Virus record (IMG/VR): IMGVR_UViG_3300020182_002848
Coordinates: 1 to 55,312 of that record
Direction: 5' to 3' (one strand)
Source of the DNA: a virus
Taxonomy: Duplodnaviria; Caudoviricetes
Length of the DNA stretch: 55,312 bases
The notes under the pieces are model-generated. The model saw only the letters and a list, made by a program, of their open reading frames with translations, had not been told where the DNA came from and did no database searches. This document shows, piece after piece, positions 47,423 through 55,201 of this stretch (position 1 is its first letter; each line of letters opens with the position of its first letter). The position numbers and the translations under genes are program-made.

Positions 47423-48592
47423 ATGACAGATAAGATAACTTTTGTAATACCTAGTAGAAATAATTTAGAATTTTTACAACTAGCCTATGAGTCAATTCGT
47501 AATTTAAATACTACACATGAAATATTAGTATTAAATGATGCTAGTACAGATGGTACTGAAGAATGGATTAATTCTCAAAATGATAAAGATCTAATAGTAC
47601 ACCATAACCCAGGACCAGAAAGAATTGGGATTGTAGGAATGTTTGATAAAGGTATTGAAATGGCTCGTACTGATATTATTATAGCTTTTCATGCAGATAT
47701 GGTTGCTTGTAAAGATTTTGATATTAACATCCTAAAACATCTAAAAAAAGGTACAGTAGTAACAGGAACAAGAGTAGAACCACCTCTACATCCAGATGGT
47801 CCTGAAAAAATATTAAGAAACTTTGGTATTGAAGTTGATGAATTTAGTATGGAAGAATGGTATGAAAAAAGTGATTTACTAAAAAATGAAAGAATAACAG
47901 AAGGTATATTTGCTCCTTGGTGTATGTATAAAGATGATTTTTTATCTATTGGGGGACATGATGAATTATTTGCCCCTCAATCTAAAGAAGATTCTGATTT
48001 ATTTAATAGATTTCATTTAAATGGTTATAAGTTTATACAACCTTGGGATGCTCTTGTATATCATTTTACATCACGTGGTTCTAGATTTAATAAACACTCA
48101 GGTGGATCAGCAGGTAAAAATAGTGATGAATGGATTCAAACTACTACTAAAAACGGAAGGAATTTTATTCGAAAATGGGGGTGCTTTATTAAACATGACC
48201 CCTTAATGAAACCTATTGTGCCCCCTAAATACGATATTGGATTTATTGTTAAGACCTGTAATGCTTCTTTACTACACGCTTTAGAACCTTGGTGTAGTAA
48301 TATATACATCGAAGACGATATGGAGGTTATTAAATCACATTATATAGATAAAGAACAGAAAAATACAGAATATATTTTAAACTATAAGATTAAACCTTAC
48401 GACAATGAAAAACTAAATGAGATACTAGTTGAAATAGATGGTAAAACATTTAATGAAGAAGATTGGAAAATATTAATGCAACTATCAGAAATAATTAAGG
48501 ATAGTGGAAGTATAGGAAGATTTCAATTAAATAATATTATAATAGAAATAATTCAAATGAATGAATATCAAAATACTTTAATTGATTTATGA
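47423..48592 (+). CDS. Glycosyltransferase (GT2)
   Basis: 'FVIP', 'NDASTDGT', 'HADM', 'GGHDE', 'EDSD'. Confidence 0.85.
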   Translation: MTDKITFVIPSRNNLEFLQLAYESIRNLNTTHEILVLNDASTDGTEEWINSQNDKDLIVHHNPGPERIGIVGMFDKGIEMARTDIIIAFHADMVACKDFDINILKHLKKGTVVTGTRVEPPLHPDGPEKILRNFGIEVDEFSMEEWYEKSDLLKNERITEGIFAPWCMYKDDFLSIGGHDELFAPQSKEDSDLFNRFHLNGYKFIQPWDALVYHFTSRGSRFNKHSGGSAGKNSDEWIQTTTKNGRNFIRKWGCFIKHDPLMKPIVPPKYDIGFIVKTCNASLLHALEPWCSNIYIEDDMEVIKSHYIDKEQKNTEYILNYKIKPYDNEKLNEILVEIDGKTFNEEDWKILMQLSEIIKDSGSIGRFQLNNIIIEIIQMNEYQNTLIDL

Positions 48593-49410
48593 ATATAGGA
48601 ATAATAGGACAGGGTTTTGTTGGTAACGCTATATATCAGAGATTTAAAAATTACTATGATATTTTTACTTACGATTTAGATGTGAGTAAGTGTAACTCAT
48701 CTATCCAAAGAGCAATGGATAATGAGATTGTATTTGTATGTTTACCAACACCTATGAACCCAGATGGTAGTTGTAATGTTAGTATAGTAGATGAAACGAT
48801 TGATAGAATATTTAAATTTGGTGTAACTAAAATTGTGGTAATAAAATCCACAGTACCACCTGGTACAACAAAAACACTCAATGAGAAATACCCATCATTA
48901 GAAATTGTATTTAATCCTGAATTTTTAACTGAAATTAACGCTGTAGAGGATTTTAATAACACAACTAGAATTATATTAGGAGGTCCACGTAAAGCAACTA
49001 CAACATTAAAACGAATATATAGTAAAGTATTTGCTTATGCCCATATAGTAAAAACAGGATCTACACACGCCGAAATGGTAAAGTATGTAACTAATGCTTT
49101 TTTAGCTACTAAAGTATCCTTTGCTAATGAAATACATCAAATATGTGAAGGTTTAGATATCGATTATGATAAAGTTATAGAATATGCTACATTAGATAAA
49201 AGATTAGGTAAATCACACTGGCAAGTACCAGGTCCAGATGGTGATTTTGGTTATGGTGGGCATTGTTTACCAAAAGATGTTAAAGCATTAATTCATTTAG
49301 CAGAAGAATTGGAATTGTATCCAACTATGTTAAGAACCACCGATAAGAAAAACAATGTGGTTCGAAAAAATAGGGATTGGGAAGGAATGAAAGGAAGAGC
49401 CGTAATATAA
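48589..49410 (+). CDS. UDP-glucose/GDP-mannose dehydrogenase family protein (short form)
   Basis: 'GQGFVG', 'CLPTP', 'KSTVPPG', 'NPEFL', 'K...N...ATK..FANE', 'GYGGHCLPKD'. Confidence 0.88.
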   Translation: MNIGIIGQGFVGNAIYQRFKNYYDIFTYDLDVSKCNSSIQRAMDNEIVFVCLPTPMNPDGSCNVSIVDETIDRIFKFGVTKIVVIKSTVPPGTTKTLNEKYPSLEIVFNPEFLTEINAVEDFNNTTRIILGGPRKATTTLKRIYSKVFAYAHIVKTGSTHAEMVKYVTNAFLATKVSFANEIHQICEGLDIDYDKVIEYATLDKRLGKSHWQVPGPDGDFGYGGHCLPKDVKALIHLAEELELYPTMLRTTDKKNNVVRKNRDWEGMKGRAVI

Positions 49411-49411
49411 T

Positions 49412-49443
49412 TGGTTACTATATATTTCTTTCATATATTTATA
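49412..49443 (+). promoter_or_regulatory. Promoter variant TGG-N17-CATATATT overlapping ATATTTATA
   Basis: Intergenic; both motifs are superimposed. Confidence 0.55.
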
Positions 49444-49469
49444 TGCTGTAAGAATAAAAAATAAAAAAT

Positions 49470-49727
49470 ATGAAGTTAAAAATGATTTCTTGTATTAAAT
49501 GTGGAGAGGATATGCCTGAGTTAAGATTAACTCAATATGGTTATAAAGTATGTGTTAATTGTTCTACCGTAAGTACTAAACGTGGTGTACCAGTAACAAA
49601 AGGTTCAGGTGATCATACTTGGACTGAAACTGTAATAATGGAAGAAGACCAATATGAATCTTTTGTAAACTCAACTGCTAAAGAAAGAGGTAGTAGTGGT
49701 GATACTGTAACTTTTAAATTAAATTAA
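49470..49727 (+). CDS. DksA/TraR-type C4 zinc-finger protein
   Basis: 'CIKCGEDMPELRL...CVNC'. Confidence 0.6.
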   Translation: MKLKMISCIKCGEDMPELRLTQYGYKVCVNCSTVSTKRGVPVTKGSGDHTWTETVIMEEDQYESFVNSTAKERGSSGDTVTFKLN

Positions 49728-50344
49728 TGCCTAAGGCAAAACCATTATCAAAAGAACAAATATTAGCTGCGCAGGCAAAAACTAAATCAAATATGGCCGC
49801 AGCTAGATATCTTCATGTATCTTATCAACACTATAAGAAATGGGCTAAATTATATAAATTATTTGATAATCATAAAAACCAAAGTGGTAAAGGAATACCT
49901 AAATTCCTAAGAGGCCCTAAAAAAATGCCTCATATGTTGGAAATAATTGAAGGTAGAATAGCAGCTTCATCATTTGATCCTAATAAACTCAAATACGCCT
50001 TAATAGAACAAGGATACCTATCAGAAGAATGTGCAGTGTGTGCTTTTAAAGAAAGAAGGGTGCTAGATTATAAAATGCCTTTATTACTACACTTCCAAGA
50101 TGGTAATAGTAACAATTATAGTTTAGATAATGTTCAATTGTTATGTTATAACCATTATTTTCTAAATGTAGGAGATGTTTTTAATGAGAAAGATGTAAAA
50201 CAAATAGAATCTAAACAAGAACATTTTGGTACTAGTGAAAAAGTAGAATGGGAAGTAGATGATTATCATTTACAACGTTTAAAAGAATTAGGCTTAGATG
50301 GTGAAGATAATGATGACCCTAATCAATATGTAAGTAGAGTATAA
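49727..50344 (+). CDS. HTH + HNH-like domain protein
   Basis: 'AAARYLHVSY..YKKW' HTH; 'CAVC...LHFQDGNSNN...N..LLCYNH'. Confidence 0.6.
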   Translation: MPKAKPLSKEQILAAQAKTKSNMAAARYLHVSYQHYKKWAKLYKLFDNHKNQSGKGIPKFLRGPKKMPHMLEIIEGRIAASSFDPNKLKYALIEQGYLSEECAVCAFKERRVLDYKMPLLLHFQDGNSNNYSLDNVQLLCYNHYFLNVGDVFNEKDVKQIESKQEHFGTSEKVEWEVDDYHLQRLKELGLDGEDNDDPNQYVSRV

Positions 50345-50517
50345 TGGCTAAAAAAATTAAATTACTAAATAAAAAATATCATAAAATAACTAAAGATTAT
50401 GATAAACAAAAAGAACGCCATTTAGAAAAACTTGCGTCAAAAAGTTTGGATAATGATGAAACCTTTCGTAAATTGAAGGATAAGAAAATCAAGGGTGATT
50501 TCTTAAAAAATTTTTAA
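50344..50517 (+). CDS. Small basic protein (57 aa, not in ORF track)
   Basis: TAATG-coupled; fills the gap exactly. Confidence 0.6.
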   Translation: MAKKIKLLNKKYHKITKDYDKQKERHLEKLASKSLDNDETFRKLKDKKIKGDFLKNF

Positions 50518-50518
50518 T

Positions 50519-51100
50519 ATGAAAAATCTATTTAAAATTGGTGTATTAACTTTATCAGTTTTTTTATTAGCATTTAAAACTTATAGAGCTAAAATTGTAA
50601 ACCCAATAGTTAAATTACCAGTTAAAGGTATAACTCATATTGAAATTGCACCTTTAACAACACCCAAAATTGAGTTAAAAACTAATTCACACAGTGATTT
50701 TTTAAACGCAATTGGGTTTAAAGAATCAGGTAACAGATATGATATTGTAAACCGTTTTGGGTATATGGGTAGATATCAATTTGGTAAAAGAACACTTAGG
50801 GGTTTAGGGTTTAAAATAAGTAGAGAAGAATTTCTTAATTCACCTAAAATACAAGAGGAAGCAATGTACAAGTTACTTCAAACTAATAAAAGATATCTTA
50901 AAAAGTATATTGCTAAATATGAAGGCAAGTATGTACACGGAGTATTAGTAACAGAATCAGGATTATTGGCTGCTGCCCATTTAGGTGGAGCAGGAAGTGT
51001 TAAAAAATGGTTTAGAACTGGTAAAGTAAGAAAAGATGGTAATGGTGTAAAAATAACTACTTATATGGAGCGATTTTCTGGTTATGATTTATATTTATAA
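50519..51100 (+). CDS. Lysozyme-like/lytic transglycosylase with N-terminal membrane anchor
   Basis: 'KESG..Y..VN..GYMGRYQF', 'LLAAAHLGG'. Confidence 0.75.
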   Translation: MKNLFKIGVLTLSVFLLAFKTYRAKIVNPIVKLPVKGITHIEIAPLTTPKIELKTNSHSDFLNAIGFKESGNRYDIVNRFGYMGRYQFGKRTLRGLGFKISREEFLNSPKIQEEAMYKLLQTNKRYLKKYIAKYEGKYVHGVLVTESGLLAAAHLGGAGSVKKWFRTGKVRKDGNGVKITTYMERFSGYDLYL

Positions 51101-51113
51101 ACAAAAATAGATT

Positions 51114-51248
51114 ATGGCTAAAATAGTTGTTGGTGATTATAAATCCAATAGTAGAAAAAAACGACCAGGTATACATTCAAAGAATAATACTAGCAGTAGT
51201 AAAAACAGTAAAAATTATGTTAAAGCTTATAGGGGACAAGGAAGATAG
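51114..51248 (+). CDS. Small basic protein ending YRGQGR (44 aa, not in ORF track)
   Basis: MAKIVVGDYKSNSRKKRPGIHSKNNTSSSKNSKNYVKAYRGQGR; follows the ATATTTATA motif at 51091. Confidence 0.65.
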   Translation: MAKIVVGDYKSNSRKKRPGIHSKNNTSSSKNSKNYVKAYRGQGR

Positions 51249-51249
51249 T

Positions 51250-51402
51250 ATGGATTTAAGTACTTTATCTTTATTTAATCATATGACTGATGAAGATTTT
51301 TTAGCTGTTCATAATGCCGGTCAATTAAAAAATATGTGTTTAGCTTTAAGTTTAGATATGCAATCTCTTAAAGATAAGAAACTTAAAACTTATGAAGCAT
51401 AA
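51250..51402 (+). CDS. Small hypothetical protein (start corrected)
   Basis: ATG at 51250 directly follows the preceding stop. Confidence 0.55.
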   Translation: MDLSTLSLFNHMTDEDFLAVHNAGQLKNMCLALSLDMQSLKDKKLKTYEA

Positions 51403-51404
51403 CT

Positions 51405-51432
51405 AGGAATCCACAATAATATTTCGTATATT
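51405..51432 (+). promoter_or_regulatory. Promoter variant AGG-N17-CGTATATT
   Basis: Intergenic; followed by CAC and AATAAAGGTT-ATG. Confidence 0.65.
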
Positions 51433-51451
51433 CACGTATAAAATAAAGGTT

Positions 51452-51892
51452 ATGCTATACGAATTTTCAAATCTCAACAAACACGGTAATATTAGATCAA
51501 GAATAATATCTTGGCCTAAAGGCAAAGCATTTGGAATCAATCCAAATGGTTTTGGTAGTTTTATTGCTGTAAAAGTATTCAAATATGAATACCATCATGA
51601 ACTCAACCCACCAAGTTTAGCTAATATAGGTGGAAAAAAATATTTACTTCCAACTTGGCAAGAAGTATTACCTGAAACTGAATTGAGTGATATAAAATGG
51701 GTCAAACCAAAACCAAAGGTTAAACAAGAACCAATTATTGAAACCCATACTAGTAGTAGCAACGCAAATAAAACGTATAAAACAATGTATTATCCAGAAT
51801 CAGGTAAATTCCATTGCGATTGTCCAGGTAGATGGAGAGCGTTTGATAACCGTTGTAAACACATAAAAGAATTAGAAAAAAAAGTAAAGTAA
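51452..51892 (+). CDS. SWIM zinc-finger protein
   Basis: 'CDCPG.......CKHI'. Confidence 0.75.
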   Translation: MLYEFSNLNKHGNIRSRIISWPKGKAFGINPNGFGSFIAVKVFKYEYHHELNPPSLANIGGKKYLLPTWQEVLPETELSDIKWVKPKPKVKQEPIIETHTSSSNANKTYKTMYYPESGKFHCDCPGRWRAFDNRCKHIKELEKKVK

Positions 51893-51905
51893 TGCGCAGG
51901 AAATG

Positions 51906-51960
51906 TGGTTACCGCAGTAAGGGTTCGTATATTCACCATGTTGAGCAGTTAAGCACAACG
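51906..51960 (+). promoter_or_regulatory. Promoter + leader stem-loop cassette, copy B
   Basis: Near-identical to 20750-20804. Confidence 0.75.
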
Positions 51961-51978
51961 TTAAAACCAATAAGAGTT

Positions 51979-52197
51979 ATGTATATTCAAGTTAAAAACA
52001 CAGCAAAGAAAAGAAACAATCAATTTAGAGTTCAAACAATGTCTGCTGGATTAAAAGAAATTAAATCTAGAGGATGGATTGTTAACGATTGTAAATTTGA
52101 ACAATTAAGAGATGAGTTAGTTACTAACAAGTACAAAGAGTTAGACGGTAGAATGAATACTCGTGGAAAACAATTTGCACAAAGAGCTGGATTATAA
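51979..52197 (+). CDS. Small basic hypothetical protein (start corrected)
   Basis: ATG at 51979 follows the cassette and AATAAGAGTT. Confidence 0.6.
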   Translation: MYIQVKNTAKKRNNQFRVQTMSAGLKEIKSRGWIVNDCKFEQLRDELVTNKYKELDGRMNTRGKQFAQRAGL

Positions 52198-52200
52198 GAT

Positions 52201-52695
52201 ATGAAATTATCACCAACAAGAGAAATGCTTAGACCATATTCAGATTTGATTTTAGCATCATTAGATGTAAATCAAGTAGCAACTAGAGTAGGTGCTGTGG
52301 CTGAATTTATTTTAATGAATCATTATGGTTGGTTAAAAAATGGAGATATAGGAAACGAAAAAGGATATGATGCCACAGATAAAGATGGTAATAAACATGA
52401 AATAAAAGGTATGTCTTATGAAACAAAAACACACTATGTTGCCTATAAACATTCTTCAAAAATAGATAAATATGACTATTTAAGTATTCTTCATTTTAAT
52501 GAAAAAAGGGTAGCACATATTCCTAGAGAAGAAATAAATAAATTTATTGAAGAAAATAAACTACCAGGTAGAAAAACTAAATCATTACGTTTATGTTTTA
52601 ATGATCCTATTTTAACTAAACTTGGGAAACCAAGAAAAAAGTCATTATTTTTAGCATTATTTTTAAAATACGAAGATAAACAATTTACATTTTAA
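52201..52695 (+). CDS. Putative restriction-endonuclease-like PD-(D/E)XK protein
   Basis: 'G..AE....GYDATD...HEIKG' fits E...D...ExK. Confidence 0.55.
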   Translation: MKLSPTREMLRPYSDLILASLDVNQVATRVGAVAEFILMNHYGWLKNGDIGNEKGYDATDKDGNKHEIKGMSYETKTHYVAYKHSSKIDKYDYLSILHFNEKRVAHIPREEINKFIEENKLPGRKTKSLRLCFNDPILTKLGKPRKKSLFLALFLKYEDKQFTF

Positions 52696-52696
52696 T

Positions 52697-53110
52697 ATGA
52701 GTAGAGGAAGACCAAAAGAACAAGAAGCAATTCCATGGCAAAAATACACTCAAGAATTTCTTGAGGTACCAACTAAACCTGAATTAGGTAGTAGATCAGT
52801 TTGGCATTATGATAGAAGTAAATTTGCAAATGGACCTTGGAAAGTAGAAAATTGGGAAGTTAAAGGAACCAAACAAGCAAAACCTCAAATTGACCAACGT
52901 TTATATTCTAAAGGTATGTGTACAGTAGTAGTATTTAAAACATCAAATCGTTCAAATGCTAAAACTAAAATGAAGGTGATTAATAAAAATATTGATTATG
53001 TTCTATCAGCTAAAAAAATACCAGGTATACCTGCTATTGCTGAGTGGCTTGAAGTAGGAGTTGGTAATTCATTTATTAACAAATATAAGCAAAAATATAA
53101 TTTAGCCTAG
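52697..53110 (+). CDS. Hypothetical protein with N-terminal RGRPK
   Basis: Packed ORF. Confidence 0.6.
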   Translation: MSRGRPKEQEAIPWQKYTQEFLEVPTKPELGSRSVWHYDRSKFANGPWKVENWEVKGTKQAKPQIDQRLYSKGMCTVVVFKTSNRSNAKTKMKVINKNIDYVLSAKKIPGIPAIAEWLEVGVGNSFINKYKQKYNLA

Positions 53111-53152
53111 TCTTTATATATTTATAACAAAATATTAATTAATAAATTTATT

Positions 53153-53437
53153 ATGTTAAAAATTATAGGTCTTATAGTAGTAATTCTAGTAATCGGAGCT
53201 GCCGTTTATTATTTTGGTTTTTATAAAAAAGGAAAAATAAATGATCGTGATGGTGATTTTATTCCTGACGAAATCGAAGATGCAGTTGAAGATGTAAAAG
53301 AAGTAGTTAAAGAAACTAAGCGTAGAGCTAAAGCAGTAAAAAAAGAACTTAAAGATGTAGTTGATCAAGTAGGTGATGTAGTTGATGCTGCAAAAGGAAA
53401 AAAACGTAGAGGTAGAAAACCAAAATCAAAAAAATAA
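53153..53437 (+). CDS. Single-TM protein with acidic Ca-binding-like loop and basic tail
   Basis: TM segment, 'DRDGDFIPD', 'KKRRGRKPKSKK'; follows ATATTTATA at 53118. Confidence 0.6.
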   Translation: MLKIIGLIVVILVIGAAVYYFGFYKKGKINDRDGDFIPDEIEDAVEDVKEVVKETKRRAKAVKKELKDVVDQVGDVVDAAKGKKRRGRKPKSKK

Positions 53438-53441
53438 AAAC

Positions 53442-54329
53442 ATGAGTAAATATAATTTAACAGACATTTTAGAACAATATAGAATTGGATCAGGCTTTAC
53501 TACAGATTTTGACTATGAAGGAATGTTAAAAGCAGGATTAGAAACAGGAGTTGATACTGATATTAAGATTTTAAAAGCAATATTTGAAGATTTTACTGAT
53601 GTAAATTATCATAGAGAAGCAGAACATTTATCTTATGCTATTGATGCATTAGAAGAAGGTGCCATAAAAGAAGCAAGTATGTTTTTTGGGGATTTCCATG
53701 CTGCAATTAAAGCAACTATGGAACAATTTGGGATGGATATTGAACCAACGTTAGGTAAATTTATGGCTTCTAAAATGGAAGAAGGTGAAGAAGCAGTTGA
53801 TTTAGCAATTGAAGCATCTCAAGAAAAAGCAGGTATTAAAGAAGCAAGAACATATGCTTCTGTTGATAGAGAAGTAGCTGAACGTATTGAAGGTTTTTTA
53901 AACATACCAATGAAAGCGAAATTTTTAAATGCATTTGAAGATTTAATTTATGATTTATTAGATGATGAACCATTTTACGTTGATGATGTAATTGCTCATT
54001 TAAGTAATGAAATGGGAAAACGAATAGATGGTAATCAAATAGCAGGTGATAGATTAGCTGGTATAGATGAAGCAGCAGCTATTGATGAAGAAGATTCAGT
54101 TGAAGAAGGGTATATAGAAACAAAAGGTAAAGCACTTTATCCTATCCTCAAAGCAGGAGCAAATGCAACCGGAGATGAAGTTGAAATGTATGTAAAATCA
54201 TTAGCTAAAGATATTGAATTAAATGGTAAAGAACAATATAAAGACTTCACATCAGAAGATTTTGTTGAAGACTTTAAAGAATACATAGCAGATAAATCAT
54301 TACAAGAACATTTTAAAAGATTTATATAA
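53442..54329 (+). CDS. Acidic hypothetical protein (possible internal virion protein)
   Basis: Glu/Asp-rich, ends 'LQEHFKRFI'; start corrected to the ATG at 53442. Confidence 0.6.
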   Translation: MSKYNLTDILEQYRIGSGFTTDFDYEGMLKAGLETGVDTDIKILKAIFEDFTDVNYHREAEHLSYAIDALEEGAIKEASMFFGDFHAAIKATMEQFGMDIEPTLGKFMASKMEEGEEAVDLAIEASQEKAGIKEARTYASVDREVAERIEGFLNIPMKAKFLNAFEDLIYDLLDDEPFYVDDVIAHLSNEMGKRIDGNQIAGDRLAGIDEAAAIDEEDSVEEGYIETKGKALYPILKAGANATGDEVEMYVKSLAKDIELNGKEQYKDFTSEDFVEDFKEYIADKSLQEHFKRFI

Positions 54330-54358
54330 AAATAAATTTAAAATAAATTAAAGATAAG

Positions 54359-54390
54359 CGCGGTAACATTTGGTTACCGCGTTTTTTTTT
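54359..54390 (+). terminator. Intrinsic terminator overlapping the next promoter
   Basis: CGCGGTAAC-ATTTG-GTTACCGCG plus T9. Confidence 0.85.
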
Positions 54391-54421
54391 CGTATATTCA
54401 CGTGTTCGAATGGTTCGGGCA
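54371..54421 (+). promoter_or_regulatory. TGG-N17-CGTATATT promoter + leader hairpin
   Basis: Exact consensus; TGTTCGAA-TGG-TTCGGGCA hairpin follows. Confidence 0.7.
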
Positions 54422-54445
54422 ATTAAAAATAATAAAGGTTATATT

Positions 54446-54736
54446 ATGAAAACATTTAAAGACATTAAATTCAAACCACATAAAGTAGGTAAAGGAGCAA
54501 TTCAGGGATTACTTATGTTAGATAATGGTATTGAATTTTCAGTTGTAGCAGGTGCTGGTATGTACAGTACAGGTAAAGGTGGTGTTAGAGAAGCAATTGA
54601 TAAAGTTGAAGATGCTTCATCATTCGAAGTAGCTATATTTGATCAAGCTGGTAATTTTATTGGTGCTGATAATGATTTAGTTTTAGGTTGGCAATCAAGA
54701 GAAGATATTGATACATTAATTCAAATACACTCATAA
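54446..54736 (+). CDS. Hypothetical early protein (start corrected)
   Basis: ATG at 54446 follows AATAAAGGTTAT. Confidence 0.65.
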   Translation: MKTFKDIKFKPHKVGKGAIQGLLMLDNGIEFSVVAGAGMYSTGKGGVREAIDKVEDASSFEVAIFDQAGNFIGADNDLVLGWQSREDIDTLIQIHS

Positions 54737-54737
54737 G

Positions 54738-54977
54738 ATGGATAAAGAAAACAAAAGATACGTAGTAAAAATGGAAATGTATGTCTATGCTGATAATGAT
54801 TATATGGCTAAGAAACGAGCACATGATCTAAAATTATCAATTGAAAATAGACGTCATTCCGATTGTATAGAGGTAGTAGAAATGGGTGAACAACCATTTG
54901 CTAGTTTTGAATACCGAAAAATAGATGATCCTAAGTTTTATCCTAAGGGTTTAGTTGATGAACCATTACCATTTTAA
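54738..54977 (+). CDS. Hypothetical protein ending DEPLPF
   Basis: Packed ORF; SSB-like C-terminal tail. Confidence 0.6.
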   Translation: MDKENKRYVVKMEMYVYADNDYMAKKRAHDLKLSIENRRHSDCIEVVEMGEQPFASFEYRKIDDPKFYPKGLVDEPLPF

Positions 54978-54978
54978 T

Positions 54979-55116
54979 ATGAAAAAAGGAGATTGGATAA
55001 CATATAACAATAAACGTAAAAAGTGCTTTGGTATACATCATAATGGTAACATTTTAATAAAAATGAATGGTACCTTAGTACAAGTAAGTAAGGAAAAATG
55101 TAATATTTCCGCATAA
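54979..55116 (+). CDS. Small hypothetical protein (45 aa, not in ORF track)
   Basis: MKKGDWITYNNKRKKCFGIHHNGNILIKMNGTLVQVSKEKCNISA; fills the gap up to the next promoter. Confidence 0.55.
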   Translation: MKKGDWITYNNKRKKCFGIHHNGNILIKMNGTLVQVSKEKCNISA

Positions 55117-55121
55117 ATATG

Positions 55122-55175
55122 TGGTTACCCGGAGGAGGGTTCGTATATTTACCAGGTAAATGAGGCGCAAAGCCA
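55122..55175 (+). promoter_or_regulatory. TGG-N17-CGTATATT promoter + short leader hairpin
   Basis: Spacer similar to copy A; GGC-GCAAA-GCC hairpin. Confidence 0.7.
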
Positions 55176-55201
55176 ATAGAACACAAATTAAAATAAAGGT
55201 T

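Noticed and set aside
51892-51978. Upstream extensions of ORFs 51892, 54410, 19508 and 27967
   Set aside because: They run through promoter/leader cassettes; downstream ATGs with the leader motif are more plausible starts.
4395-55186. All minus-strand ORFs in the track (e.g. 10148-10711, 13498-13818, 18627-18893)
   Set aside because: Each is fully or almost fully antisense to a well-supported + strand gene, has no recognisable motif, and no promoter motif was seen on that strand; treated as shadow ORFs.
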